Below, piece after piece: positions 12,722-25,245 of a stretch of 64,000 nt of DNA. The notes beneath the pieces are model-generated. The model worked only from the letters and a program-made list of their open reading frames with translations. It ran no database searches and had not been told where the DNA came from. Both the position numbers and the translations under genes were made by a program. Source of the DNA: Blasia pusilla (Eukaryota); assembly GCA_050084515.1 (NCBI GenBank), contig CM114271.1, forward strand, positions 43,400,001-43,464,000, in the 5' to 3' direction. Numbering within the stretch: the first letter of the stretch is position 1; each line of letters begins with the position of its first letter.

Positions 12722-12905
12722 TGGTTTTGGTTTAAAAAACCCAAAACTGGTTACTCACACTATATGAGAGAGTCTCCCTCCACATATGGTACCTTCTTCA
12801 CTTCTTCCTCTCTACACCCATCCTACTCTCTTCAACCATTCAACCAGGGCACGAGGATTATGATCACAAGGATACCACATGCCCTGACTATGAGTACAGT
12901 CTGAG
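12722..12905 (+). mobile_element. short fragment of the same LINE family (3' repeat unit preceded by a GGTTTTGG...CCAAAAC hairpin)
   Basis: ACTCACACTATATGAGAG..CATATGGTACCTTCTTCAC matches 11158, 11338 and the reverse complement of 45247-45295. Confidence 0.65.
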
Positions 12906-13424
12906 CAATGTGTAGTGTAGTCCTTTCTTTTCCATTTGATTGTTACAAGCAGGCTGCTTCTCATGTGCTGAGCTATTACTGTGTATCCTTTATTTTATAT
13001 GGCATTGTTTGATTGACTTGAAAAGCAGACTAATTTTATTATAGATAAGAGATCAGGTTTTAAAAAAAAAATTATCACAGTACTTGAACACACAACCCCC
13101 ATTTGACCTGCACAAGCACGACGCCAACTTATTTTTGGATGCCGTCAAGGCCATCTCATTATGGTCATCTCCATGAAATGTAAGTCTCCTAAATCTCAGG
13201 AGGTGGTTCATCGTGATCCATTGTAATGCTTTAGGATTAAGCTCCTATCACGCAATCGTTTGTTTCTTTTTTTGCTAGTTCCTTAGTGTGCAGGTACTGA
13301 GAAGGTATTTTATTCATTCCTCTTTAGGCCAGAAAAGAAAGAAGACACATTTTGATCTAGAAGTGAAATAAATCCCCGGATTGCTGGGTATGCTTGTCCC
13401 ATCATCACGTTCCTTTTCATGCAG

Positions 13425-16400
13425 GGCTTCAGTGACGAATTTTCCAAAAATCCCAAGCAATGGATGAATGTATATGAGAGTCCTCAGCCATACAGAGCAC
13501 CATTCCCAGCCAAGTGGGATAAGCTCAGCAGTTTCCAAAAGCTTCTTGTGGTCCGAGTGTTGCGCCCAGAAAAGATTGTGGAAAGTGTGAATGAATTTGT
13601 CTCTGCATCAATGGGTCAGAAATACATGGATCCACCGCAGTTTGACTTGTCTCTGGCTTATCCAGACTCCAGCAACACCATTCCTTTGGTTTTTGTTCTG
13701 TCTGCTGGATCGGATCCCATGGCAAGCCTACTTAAATTTGCTGAAGGCCTGAAACAAAATGTACATCTCTCAAAACCCCCTGCTGTCTGCATTTTGCAAC
13801 CAAAAGTGCATCTTCAGATTGATCTACCTGCACTGTCGGTCACACAAATTTGAAGACTTAGCAATCCTTAGACCTATAAAGTTAGTTGTATTTGTCAGGA
13901 CAGCTCTAGGATGGTTGTAACAGTATCTTTCAAGCTAGCTATAGTACGATCACAAGGAACTAACAGAGTTGAGGACCATCCAATGGCCAATGACATTCAC
14001 AGGTGAACACAGTTTCTTTGGGTCAAGGACAAGGACCCAAAGCAGCTGATATGATAGAGAAGGGAGCACGGGTTGGTGACTGGGTTGTCCTGCAGAATTG
14101 TCACTTGGCCGCTTCATGGATGCAGCATTTGGAAAGGATTACAGAAAATATAAACCCTGACCATGCCAATGTTGCATTCCGCCTGTGGCTCACCAGTTAT
14201 CCTTCAGATCAGTTTCCAGTTTCCATTTTGCAGAACAGCGTGAAGATGACCAATGAATCTCCGAAAGGCTTGAGAGCCAACATGTTGCTGGTAATCTTCT
14301 TGCATTAACCAAATGGTCAATTCGAATGAGAATGTTATCCTTGCTTCTTTGCCTTGTCTTAGACCCAAGGCCATTGAGACGCTGTGGTTCTCTATTTGCC
14401 ATGAAAGTTTCATGTGACAGTTTGTCTGCTCCTGTCACCCGGCGCCTTAAATTTTGCTCGCATGACAGGAGGAGTAGCCCAGACATTAGTTAACATCATT
14501 TTGAATGTCCTCAGACAAAAACTTCTCAAGTTTGTGACATATTTCTGATCCAATGAGCTCGCTAATTAAATGAGTAGGCACTCATCGAGCTCCTCAATTG
14601 ATGGTGAGTTTCTGTGCAGAGCTTCCAAAGTTATCCACTTAGTGACCCAAAATTCTGGGGTATGGTAACTGGAGACAGGGCCATGGTCTGGAGGAAGATG
14701 GTCTTTGGATTGGCTTTCTTCCATGCATCTGTCCAAGAGCGCCTGAAGTATGGACCGCTAGGATGGAATATTCCTTATCAATTCAGTGATCCGGACATAA
14801 AAATCAGTATGCGTCAGCTTCAATCTTTCCTCATGGAGTATCCAGACAGTATCCAATTCAAGGTCTGATTTGTTGTACCATTCTTCTCTCCCCTCTATCA
14901 TCAGGATCTGTGCGAGTTGCATACTCAACTTTAGAGTTCCCATGTAAGAACATGCTGACGAGTGGCCTTGTCACTGTCCAGGCTCTAGTGTATTTAACAG
15001 GTGAGTGCAACTATGGCGGAAAAGTCACCGACGCGCATGATCGCAGAACCCTGATGAGTATTTTGAATGTGTTCTATTGCCCTGCAATTCTTGACGACGA
15101 ATATCGGTTTTCGCCCTCAGGGCTGTACTATGCACCACCACACAGTAAATACCAAGACTACATTGACTTCATCAAGGAGTTTCCTCTTCAGGCTAAGCCT
15201 GAATGCTTTGGGCTGCATGAAAATGCTGATGTCACCAAAGACCAGCAAGAAAGCAACCTGTTGCTCCGTTCTGTTCAGGCCACTATGGTAATCTACTCTC
15301 CTCGCTAGAACCTTCATCGGCGTGTGGTTTGTCGAGTCGAACACCTGGAACAGTTAATTTCTCGAGACTTCACTATCTTCTTTGAATGTCATTTATGTTG
15401 CTTCACCTGGCATGCGTTTGTGGTGCGAGTACAGTACTTCTAAGTTCCATCTCATGGACGATAAATCAGTTCTTCCTCGTTGTATCTTTTGAAAGTTCTG
15501 TCTAGACCACAATTTCTGACCGAAGAAGAAAGTTATTCATTTGAATCGAGTTCTTAATTACTCATGCCTTGGTTTGTTGCGGTCACAAGGGTGCTTTAAC
15601 TTTTCTTTCATTACTACACACATCGTGTGCCTTGTTTGCTACTAAAGTTCGACCCATTGGATATCTAGGATCCTCTAACCACCCAAGCGAACCTCCGATG
15701 TCTCTGTACTGGTTGATTTGAAGGAGAATATGTTCACTTTGATTGCAGAGCAATACAGCTTCCTCTGGAGGCCGCAGCAGAGAGGACGTGATTTTAGAAA
15801 TCGCCGCTGACATAGCTGCAAAACTTCCGCCGCAATTTGATGTGGAGATGGCTCGTTTTATATATCCAGTTAGTTATGGAGAGAGCATGAATTCTGTTCT
15901 TCACCAGGAAATGATTCGATATAACAAGCTGACTGAAGTTCGTTTTCCTCTCCAACCATTCTCGTTTTCAATAGCAGCTCCTATGACAACATCAGATTGG
16001 ACTTCCCTAAACTCTTCCACCGCCTTGGCCCTGGATGCCAACACTTTCACGTCCAGTAGTAACCAGGTTCAGCACTGTGGTCTTTATAGTTGGACACCTA
16101 GAACAACCAGCTTCTTTGGACAAAGCTGTATTCCTGTGGCTGTTATTTGTCTGGTCTGTCATGGCATTTGTCGATTCTGGAAGCTCTATAACTTCAAGTC
16201 CCATGGCCGCCCTCGTAGTTCCCCGTGAACAACACATCGGTAATCGGTTCACCCATTCATTCATTCACTCTCCTTGTAGATAAAATCGAGTGTTTTTTTC
16301 TGCCATCCTAAACCTGTCACCCACGGTCTTCCTCCTGTGCAGTGACATGAGAATCTCTGCAACTGTCTGGATCTTTCTTTCCAATCGGAGCGCTCTTCCA

Positions 16401-17279
16401 TGACTTCCAGCCACCATACTCCCTCATCGTACTTCTATGTCAGATCCCGTCCTATCCTGCATCGTTTCGGGTGCTGCTGAGTAGCTCTTGCACCATAACG
16501 CCAGTGCAAGTAGTAGTTCTAGTCCAACGATGCATGTGCTCCATCCCTATAAGATTGAACGACCCAGTTACGCATCATATCATGTCTCGCAGGTGATTCG
16601 AAACAGTCTGGTCGTGGTTCAGAAGACCTTGAAAGGATTGATCGTCATGTCAGCAGAGATTGAGAAACTGACACAGAGTATATATTTGGGGGGGATGCCC
16701 GGCATGTGGGCCCCGTTCTCATACCCGACCATGAAACCACTTCTGAGCTATGCTGCCGATCTATTCGAGCGTTTGGCGATGCTTCGAGACTGGATGGCCA
16801 ACGGGGCGCCACCCAAGTTCTGGATCAGTGGGTTCTTCTTCACCCACGCATTTTTGACAGGAGTGCTGCAGAATTATGCTCGGAAGTACCACATTCCCAT
16901 CGAGACGGTGGGTTGGAATTTCAAGTGCATGCCCAAGGACGGAAACTATAACAACAAACCAGAGGACGGATGCTACGTCTACGGAATGTTCGTGGAAGGC
17001 GCACGATGGGACGAGAATGAGATGATGCTGGCCGAGTCTAAGCCCAAGGTCCTCTACTCGCCTGCTCCACTCATCTGGTTGCAGCCTTGTGTCATCGCAG
17101 ACAAGAAGAAATTCCCGTGCTACTCTTGCCCCTTATACCGGACTTCTGAGAGGCGGGGCGTGTTGGCCACAACCGGCCATTCCTCCAACTTCGTCATCAA
17201 CATCGACTTGCCCACCGACAAGCCCCAGGATCACTGGATTCGTCGTGGCGTAGCAATGCTGCTCACTCTCAGCGACTGA
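13425..17279 (+). CDS. axonemal dynein heavy chain, inner-arm (DNAH3/7/12-like) type; last six exons encoding AAA6, lid and C-terminal domain (682 aa); 5' exons lie outside the window
   Basis: Exons 13425-13760, 14003-14290, 14620-14862, 14982-15287, 15749-15937 and 16593-17279, all with GT-AG phase-0 introns and an open frame. Motifs: [81 protein letters not shown]. Confidence 0.95.
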
Positions 17280-17779
17280 TTATTCGGCTGACCTGCAGCC
17301 TGTTTTGCGTAGCACAGCTTCCGGCTCTCGAACCCTCCTATATGTGAGCTGTTTTTCACGAGACAGGATCTGCTGACTGACTTAATGAGCGGCGAAGGTT
17401 CCTCTCGGCCACCTACCGAGCTCCTCCCATTCTCAACTGCACACTAATAAGCTGCATAGGAGGTCACATGGACGAAATATACACTTTATGAGAAACTGGG
17501 ATGGAAAACTGGGAGGGGGGGCATAGAGAGCCACAAAACCCGCGGGCTGAAACCGGCCCGGACACATGGAAGAATGATTCTGTAAACGCATTCTGATTTA
17601 AATAATTTTTATGAATATGTTTTGAGACCCTGTCCACAAGAAATACCTCATTTCTTGACCAGTCAAATAATAAACGATTAGGTTTACTCCTAAACCTCGG
17701 ATCTCCCCACAGTCGATTTAGGATTACAACCTATGTGGAAGTACATCCACCTTTAGATGCATATTTAATGAATTCCCAA

Positions 17780-17998
17780 TATGTGGCTAACGTATCATTA
17801 TTAATCCACGCCCCACCATTTCGGGGCCCATGGTAGGTTTACTCCCTGTATTAATGTCCAGGATACTTAGTCTCTTGAACAAGACATCGATGCGTATGCG
17901 GTTAACGTATCAGCATCAGTCCACGCCCCACCGTTTCCGGGGCCACAGTAGTTCTTTCTATTCCGTGTATTAATGTACTGGATACTGAGTCTTCCTGA
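17780..17998. repeat. two diverged ~115-bp tandem copies
   Basis: TATGYGG.TAACGTATCA..A..A.TCCACGCCCCACC.TTTC.GGG..TGTATTAATGT...GGATACT at 17780 and 17895. Confidence 0.7.
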
Positions 17999-18544
17999 GA
18001 CTAAGGCATAACGAAGAAAGACCTAAACTACAACAAAGACTACTCTCTTTGTTGTAGTGTTTAGGTGAAGAACACCCATACGAACCAAGTTCTTCGCGAA
18101 TCGCGTGGATTTCGCCATGACCACGATGGCCTTTCTTTCAACACGCACACGTGCTGTCCATGGAATTTTCATGGTGTGGACAGTGGAGCACTGACTCCGG
18201 GCCGCCATAGTTGGCGAGCGTCGAGCGACTGTGATTGTGAGCCCCACGTGAACAGGATCGCGTGCGTCGCATGCGGACAGTACCCCTGCACGCAGACCAT
18301 GGCCCCGCTCCGTGTTTCAGGTCCTTCTGCGACTCCACGTTCGGAGAGAGCTTTCGACTGGTAGTCTGATTGGCCGGAGAATACTCCAAATAATGAGAGG
18401 AGCCCTGAACTGGATTGATTTCGTGCGCGACTTGTACTGAATTCACTCTCGAAGGACCCGCTCCACTTGAAGGTAAGTATAGCAAACAGAGAGCAAAGGT
18501 GAAAACATGTTCATAAACTCAAGTATGCTCCGAGTGGTCATAAG

Positions 18545-18662
18545 TTCATGTCTGCCGTGTGGCCACGTTGATCATGCATTCAAGTCTGCCGTGTGAACGC
18601 TTTGATCGTACATTCAAGTCCGCCGTGTGGCGACTTTGATCATACATTCAAGTTTGCCGTGT
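18545..18662. repeat. 34-bp minisatellite, about 3.5 copies
   Basis: TTCAAGTCTGCCGTGT-like units start at 18545, 18579, 18613 and 18647. Confidence 0.8.
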
Positions 18663-19985
18663 TTGCTCTACGTTTGTTGGATTTACTTCAGCTCCCTCAG
18701 ATTCTTACGCTGGCACCTCGAGGGCTTTAAATCTGCTTGTACGAAACTTCCAACTTTTTCAGCAGCGTTTGATTAAGAAGATTTTCGTGTGCTAGTCGAC
18801 AATATTAGGACCGTTTAGGTTTCACTTATGCCTAAAGTTGTTATGACTTGATCAGTTTCAGATAGTACAGGCTCTCAAGCGAAACTGAAATTTGGTTATC
18901 CCGCAGCAGCTATGAAGAGCACGAAACTGAGATTCCGTGCTCTTCATAGCTGTGGAAAATTCTATACCCCATGCCAGTACGCAAACGAACCTTCTTCAGA
19001 CTGCGAAACAAGGCGGGGAATCGTCGCACACGCCAACAGTCTGAAGCAGTCCAGTGATTACCAAAAAAATTACCCGACGAATGGGTTGCCGTCCTCTCAT
19101 ACATCTATCTTCGACTCCGTCCTCACAAAGAATAGAAAATCGGTAGTCTGAATGCAGATCTGCAACGAAGTCACGACACAAAAAGAAGAACCAAGACTGG
19201 ACTTCACGTGTAAACCGTCTCACGATGGATAGAGCAGACAGAGCTGGGCGCGTGCAAGCAATGCATTCAGAAACGAAGAGCGAAAGACTCAACTCGGCAC
19301 CAAGACGATGAAGATCTCTTAGAATAAATCATGAGTTCTCGTAAACGTCACAGATCAACGTTCGGAACTCCTAAAAGTTCAACACAGATCTTACAGTTTC
19401 GAACCCTTGAAATGAGGACCTGGCATGGGTGGGTGGTGGCCACATTAGTGAGCCACTTCCTGATCGAGTTCACCGGTTCCAACGTTGAACGAAAAATTTC
19501 ACTGTACATATTTCTCTGCCTGCTGAACGCTTTTGTCTTTTAAAATTTGGGTGTTGTAATATACGCAAAAGTTACTCAATGGAATGGGAGATCTGGCTGG
19601 CCACCCTTGTGCAGGGTCTTTCATCACATTGGTGTATGTGCGGGCATTACCTTATGCACATTGTGAGTAGGCCAACAATGGAAATTCGATCTAAAATAAA
19701 ATTTAACATGATGGCCAGAGCATGCTCTTATAGACCGGACACAAATCTGGCTCGGGAATAAATCATATCGATCAATCCAAGTCGCAAGTGGTCATGGAAT
19801 AACGAATGGAGGCGTGCGACGCAAAGGGAACGCCCCATTTCCATCAATAACTGAACTCTTATCTGATAAGACTCCATTTGCTCTGATCCTAACCTTCATG
19901 CATAAATCTATATCGATTAATTTTCCTCCAGAGGTCTGGTTGAGCGGGTTCTCACCCTGACAACGTAGGATGCGCGAGGGTGCAT

Positions 19986-21125
19986 TTACAATGGCGTCAG
20001 GTGGTTCAGTTCAGAGAAAGCTCGACCAGGTACTGAACTGCCACGCCAAATCTCCGCGCAACCCTTGCCTTGGCCAAAAGGAGAACCATCGTCACACTTG
20101 CCGAGAATTACGAGAGATTTTCCGTGAGGTCCACCAAATTCAAGGTTCGTTGTAGCTTTGATGGTTGTTAGTTTGATTCTGAGAAGTAGTTCCCCTCCTG
20201 GCGAAAACTTCACAACTTCGCCGCCACCATTTCTTGTGACATAAAGATTTCCCAGTATATCCGTGCGCATACCGTCGATGTCGATGGATTCGGTGTTGTC
20301 GAGCTGCTGGAAGTCGACAAAGAGCGTTTGATTCGAGACATCACCAGTGCTAGGATCGATTGCGTACTTCCAGATCTTGTTAGACACCACGGTGTTGTTT
20401 TTGTTGAAGGCTTCTGAGAGGTAGAGCGTCTTTTCGTCGGGGGAGACCTCGATACCATTTGTTCGGCCCAAGACTGCGAGCCTGTTGACCTTCACTGGTC
20501 CACTGATTTGGGATCCTAAGACGTTGAAGAAGGAAGAAGGCGCCTCGCACATCCAGAGTCCGCCATCTCCCACAACTGTATCTGAAGTGTAGTTCTGCCC
20601 TGACGCGTACACTCTTCCCGCTCTAGTGGCGATAGCCACATCATTTGTCTTCACCATTGTGGCATCGTGGCAAAACACACTGCTGGTCAATTTCCCCCAT
20701 GGTCCACTCTTCTGAATCTGAACAATTTGCTGGCCGTTCACGTCTGCTGCGAGAGCCCTGACCTGAATGCCGTGGCCGCTGTGCCTAGCGTGAAAAGCTG
20801 AAGTCGGGAGGAATCTGAGTCCATTGAATTGAGCTGCATCTGATCGGTCCCTGAAAAAGAGATCCTGATGAAGACGCCCGTATCGGCTCGCTACTCGCCC
20901 CAGTGCAGATACATTTCCATGGAAGTCCGTGGCATATATACTACCAAATTTGTCCACCGATGCGGCTTCAATGAAAGGCCCGTATACGGTCATGTTAATC
21001 GTCAGAAACGGTTTTGCGAATTCGACAGGAACCGCGTTTGCTTCGGCGAACGCACGGCTCCAAGTCGCCGCACAGATTTGAAAGAGAAGGAAGACCAGCA
21101 GATGCTCTTTCACCGTAGGGATCAT
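19986..21125 (-). CDS. secreted SMP-30/gluconolactonase/LRE-family six-bladed beta-propeller protein, 379 aa, single exon
   Basis: Intact ORF with a hydrophobic N-terminal signal peptide. Motifs IEAASVD, NGLRF, TNDVAI, NGIEVSPDEKTLYLSE, DGMRTDILGNLYV and TNLEFGGP are typical of the family. Confidence 0.9.
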   Translation of the reverse strand: MIPTVKEHLLVFLLFQICAATWSRAFAEANAVPVEFAKPFLTINMTVYGPFIEAASVDKFGSIYATDFHGNVSALGRVASRYGRLHQDLFFRDRSDAAQFNGLRFLPTSAFHARHSGHGIQVRALAADVNGQQIVQIQKSGPWGKLTSSVFCHDATMVKTNDVAIATRAGRVYASGQNYTSDTVVGDGGLWMCEAPSSFFNVLGSQISGPVKVNRLAVLGRTNGIEVSPDEKTLYLSEAFNKNNTVVSNKIWKYAIDPSTGDVSNQTLFVDFQQLDNTESIDIDGMRTDILGNLYVTRNGGGEVVKFSPGGELLLRIKLTTIKATTNLEFGGPHGKSLVILGKCDDGSPFGQGKGCAEIWRGSSVPGRAFSELNHLTPL

Positions 21126-24100
21126 GATTTTCGATCGTTGGTACGTTTGAACACAATTCAGATCAACCGAATCTTCGTAGTCTAATGGGAGCTAAGATCG
21201 TCACGCGAAGAAGAAGACGAAAGCAACTATGCACTCAGAGCGCCCCCGGCTACTGGCCGAGATGTGGACAGCCTGCTTCAGATCTAAGTTTTGAGATCCG
21301 CTGGTATGGAGTCGACTGGTTCTGATATCAGAAGCCTGAGCAGTCAGTCGACGCCTGCTCCGGGTCGCGAAAGCATGACTTGACCGATTCCTAGGTTGCT
21401 GGTCCACTTGAGAAAGATGAGCATGACATCCGCAGTAACTGAGATGGAGTGTTGACCTTCGCTCGGTAGTGCGTAGAACACTGGTGGGCTATCTAGCATC
21501 GCTATCTAGAGTACGTTGGCTGGGCACAAATATCCTTGAAAAGTAGAACTTAGTCTTCAGGCTGGGGCTGCTGGCAGTGCTGAACACTCAATTACCCAGT
21601 AGATTGCGCGTGAGACTCAGTAAACATGATATTAACTTTTAGTACTTTACTGTTGGACTCGTCGTTTCCACTCATGAGGAGCGGCTAGCCCGGGGGGAGG
21701 CACAGGATGACCCGGGGTAAACGCCTTGACGGGGGTGCTAAGTGCTGTGCTCTAGTTGGCTGTCCGATGAGCCAACGTGTTAGCGGATGGCCAGGCCTAC
21801 TTAAATCTGGAGCTTCCTCCGGTTGAAGTTTTATTCCAAGTGCGTCGTCTAACCGGCTCGTAGATCTTGAGGTTCTCATGGGAACTGTAGCGCAAGAGAG
21901 TTTCTATGACAATGTTCACCGAGGATCGCGATCTCTCGATCGTCGGGATTTCTTCTCGCCGCTCCTCAGCTGCGTAGAACTTCCAATTCGTATTCCTTGG
22001 TGTCCACCGAGGTACGACGTCGAAGCTGACACGTAAGTTCTGTGACGGTCACTCTTTCTCCGGAAGAGTGACGGTCGGACTCTTTACGGTTTACGGACCC
22101 TAAACCGTAAACGCCCCGGGTTATCGCTAATCGCAGATTCGCAATATCGCTCTGCGGCTCTCCTATCCTGTCGGTGGGTTCTCATTGCATCGCCCGGCCT
22201 CTCTATCGAGAGGCTAGTAATAATAAGATTCATACCGCCGCCTGTGGTGAGGGGAGCAAAGGCGAGGCGTAAGTTACAGTTGATATTATCAATATGTTCC
22301 TCTGCGCTGACTGCACTGCCTCTGCAGCAGCAGCGCAGAGGAATCTAAGCTCACAATCATCCTGCCGTGCACGTGTTGGAGTGTACATGTGCGTTGACGT
22401 AGCTACAATTTGTCTTTTCTCATCAGCCGGAGTTCTCGGAGTGGGGCGACTGAGTTGATGGTGGATGTAGCAGCCTTTCTTATCGAAAACAACTGTATAA
22501 CACTCGGAGTCTAGCATTCCGAAGAATCTAGGTCGAGAAAAGTATTCTAGGGAGGTCGAGACTCGAGACCTTGCTTTCACCCCTCTCTAACACATCGGAG
22601 TCGGCCTGCAAGCTAGCGAGCACGACTGATGCGACTCTACGAAAAACAAATCATCCGTCTCACAACAAGATCTGAAAGCTTCTTTTTTGATCCTCGGCGT
22701 TTTTCTCCCGGAGAGAAACGTGCTGGCAACCCTATGCCAACCAATTGCTCTTGACACTGTTGGAGTCTCTGACTCGGTGGCTTTCTCGCTCGCCATACCC
22801 CCAGCCTTAGTTGCAGTCGGACCCTAAAAACAGTCGCGTGCCGGCCACAGGATCGGCCCCTCGGCGCCGCAACAGAATCCAAGTGCAATACAACTATTTT
22901 TTTTGTTTCGCTAACGGAGCCATTTCCATAGCTGCTCACTTGGTCCGTAGATGGAACCGCTGCATGTCCCGACGTTCACGTAGGGCATGCCAACCACTCT
23001 GGCTTGGAATCGGAAGATGTCACTTTAAGCTTCTGATTACTTGGCATCACTGATTCGAGCCAGATCTGTTCGAAAGCCTCTTCTGATCGGATCTGAAAGA
23101 CAATGAACATCAATGAAAACGCTTGATGAAAACCCATCAGAGATACAAAAGAGGGGGCATAGAGAGCCAAAAACCCGCAGGCCAAATTGCAGGAGTAGTA
23201 GCGAGACACAGTGCCAAATTTGAGCCACAATTACACCACACCTCCGTGGTGGGTCAGCAGAGCGTAAGCAGATTTCGTTCGACGATGGTTCAGATGGTTC
23301 GCCCTTCCTGCTATCGAGGTCATTTGCTAATCAGAGGACATAAGTAATCATATTGTCAGGAGGAGGAGATAAATTTGAACTCTGAGAAGAATACATCTAT
23401 TCATTCATTCTATGTCACATTGTCACATCAAAGAAAACGAAAAAAGGCCTCTTAGACTAGACCAACCGTAAGATGCTTTCTGAGCGTCTTATCTCTAAAT
23501 TAGGAAAATACCCGAAAGCAAATCTCTTAGCGAAACTTATCGTGATTCCCAACTTTCTTCTTGATCTACGTCAACTTTCTACAAAACCGCCATCTTTTCG
23601 GCCTCTGACTGCTGGTTCTCCTGGGAACTCATCGGGAAATAAGGTTACCCAATTTCTACTTCAATAATTGTGTCGAAGACTGGAAACCACAATGCTAGAA
23701 GAATACGAGCTTCTCAGCGTGGTCAACTTTTCAGCGTCCGCGTCACCGGGAAAACTGCCCACGATCGGCGTCATGAGTCTTCATCGAAATTAGATGAAGG
23801 TTTACTTTCCCGATCTGATTCCCGAATGTTAGCCACAGCATAAAGTGATTATTTACGCCCCAAATAAATTTCCCAAATACATGTCTTTCTTTTGCCCTTG
23901 GCCCACATGCACCTTTTCCAAGCAAATTGTCCGTGAGCTATACTCCAAGAAGAAAAGGCGAAGATGCACTTCGATAAAAACGAGTGATGGAAAACCCATC
24001 GGAAGTACAAAAGAGGGGACTCAAAGAGTCAAAACCTGAAGGCCACAACCCTAACCACGAAACTCACCAACAGCAGAGATAATATCAGCAACAACAAGAG

Positions 24101-24238
24101 AGCTATGACTACTACTAAGTGGGCCTCTAGCGCCGGCGTCTCCCAAGAAGCGAGCACATCATAAGATCCACGTGGACACGTGCATTTTATTATATTGATA
24201 ATAAAGTGGATATTTATATAACGCAGACTAGTGGAGTC

Positions 24239-24324
24239 GAGGTAGTTGCTTAAGAGGCCCCCTACCCATTTATTACCCCTATAGCGGCCCCCTACAAACT
24301 ATCATTTCTAAATAGGCCTCTTTA
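24239..24324 (+). repeat. MULE left TIR (86 bp)
   Basis: Near-perfect reverse complement of 38201-38286. Confidence 0.95.
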
Positions 24325-24764
24325 GGATGCCACGTAGGTTGCTGTACAGGTAAGTCCTAAGTGTTCTTGTAATTTGGTGTTGTATGAAGCTGTTTGCAAG
24401 TTATGGGAGCACACCGTAGTCCACGCCTCATGACGCAGTTGAGAAATGTGGTATACTGAGCCAGATTCACCACATGTAAATGCAGAGATCATCTCCTCTC
24501 AGAGTTTTTCCTGAATATTCTCATTATGCACTGTTCATCTGCCTGCTTATTCGAGAATGGATGGTAGAGAACCGTTTAGAGATCTCTTAGAGATATCGCC
24601 CACCAATTTTGCTTCAGTGTTACACCGACACTTCTTCCCCGTGGATGAGAAGGGTATATTCTCCGGTGAAGAGGAGGAACACAGGAAGTGCGTTGCATAT
24701 GGTCGGCGGCCATTCCACTCAGATTCTCAAGCCGCCTTTGAACAGTGGAAAGCAAACACATTCG

Positions 24765-25245
24765 AGAAAGAGCCTAATCTGGAAGGATTTAGCTTGGAAG
24801 AAGGTAAGGATTATTGACTACCACTCGCTCTCTCTCCTCCGTCTACTATCAAGCACTGATGAAGTAGGAGAATGTCTCTAAAGATTTTAGCTGCCAAGGC
24901 GGAAATCTCGGCTGCTATTTTTCACTCAGAGTCATTGAGAAGGAGCCTAATGTGGAAGGATATAGCTTGGAAGAAGGTAAGGATTATTGACTACCACTCG
25001 CTCTCTCTCCTCCGTCTACTATCAAGCATTGATGAAGTAGGAGAATGTCTCTAAAGATTTTAGTCGCCAAGGCGGAAATCCCGACTGCTATTTTTCACTC
25101 AGAGTCATTGAGAAGGAGCCTAATTTGGAGGGATACAACTTGGCAGAAGGTAAGGATTATTGACTAGCACTCGCTCTCTCCTCCGGCTACTACCAAGCAC
25201 TGATGAATGAGGAGAATGTCTTAGCAAATTTTAGCCGCCAAGGCA
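24765..25245 (+). repeat. 173-bp tandem repeat x ~3 (exon end + intron unit) in the transposase 5' region
   Basis: GAGCCTAAT..GAAG|GTAAGG recurs at about 24770, 24943 and 25116. Confidence 0.85.

Noticed and set aside
18545-18662. CRISPR-like array
   Set aside because: The units are contiguous 34-bp degenerate repeats without unique spacers, in a eukaryotic context with no cas genes.
18023-19761. Short ORFs between the dynein and SMP-30 genes
   Set aside because: No recognisable domains or consistent splice structure.
22230-24039. Short ORFs upstream of the MULE
   Set aside because: No motif support. They may be decayed sequence but cannot be called.
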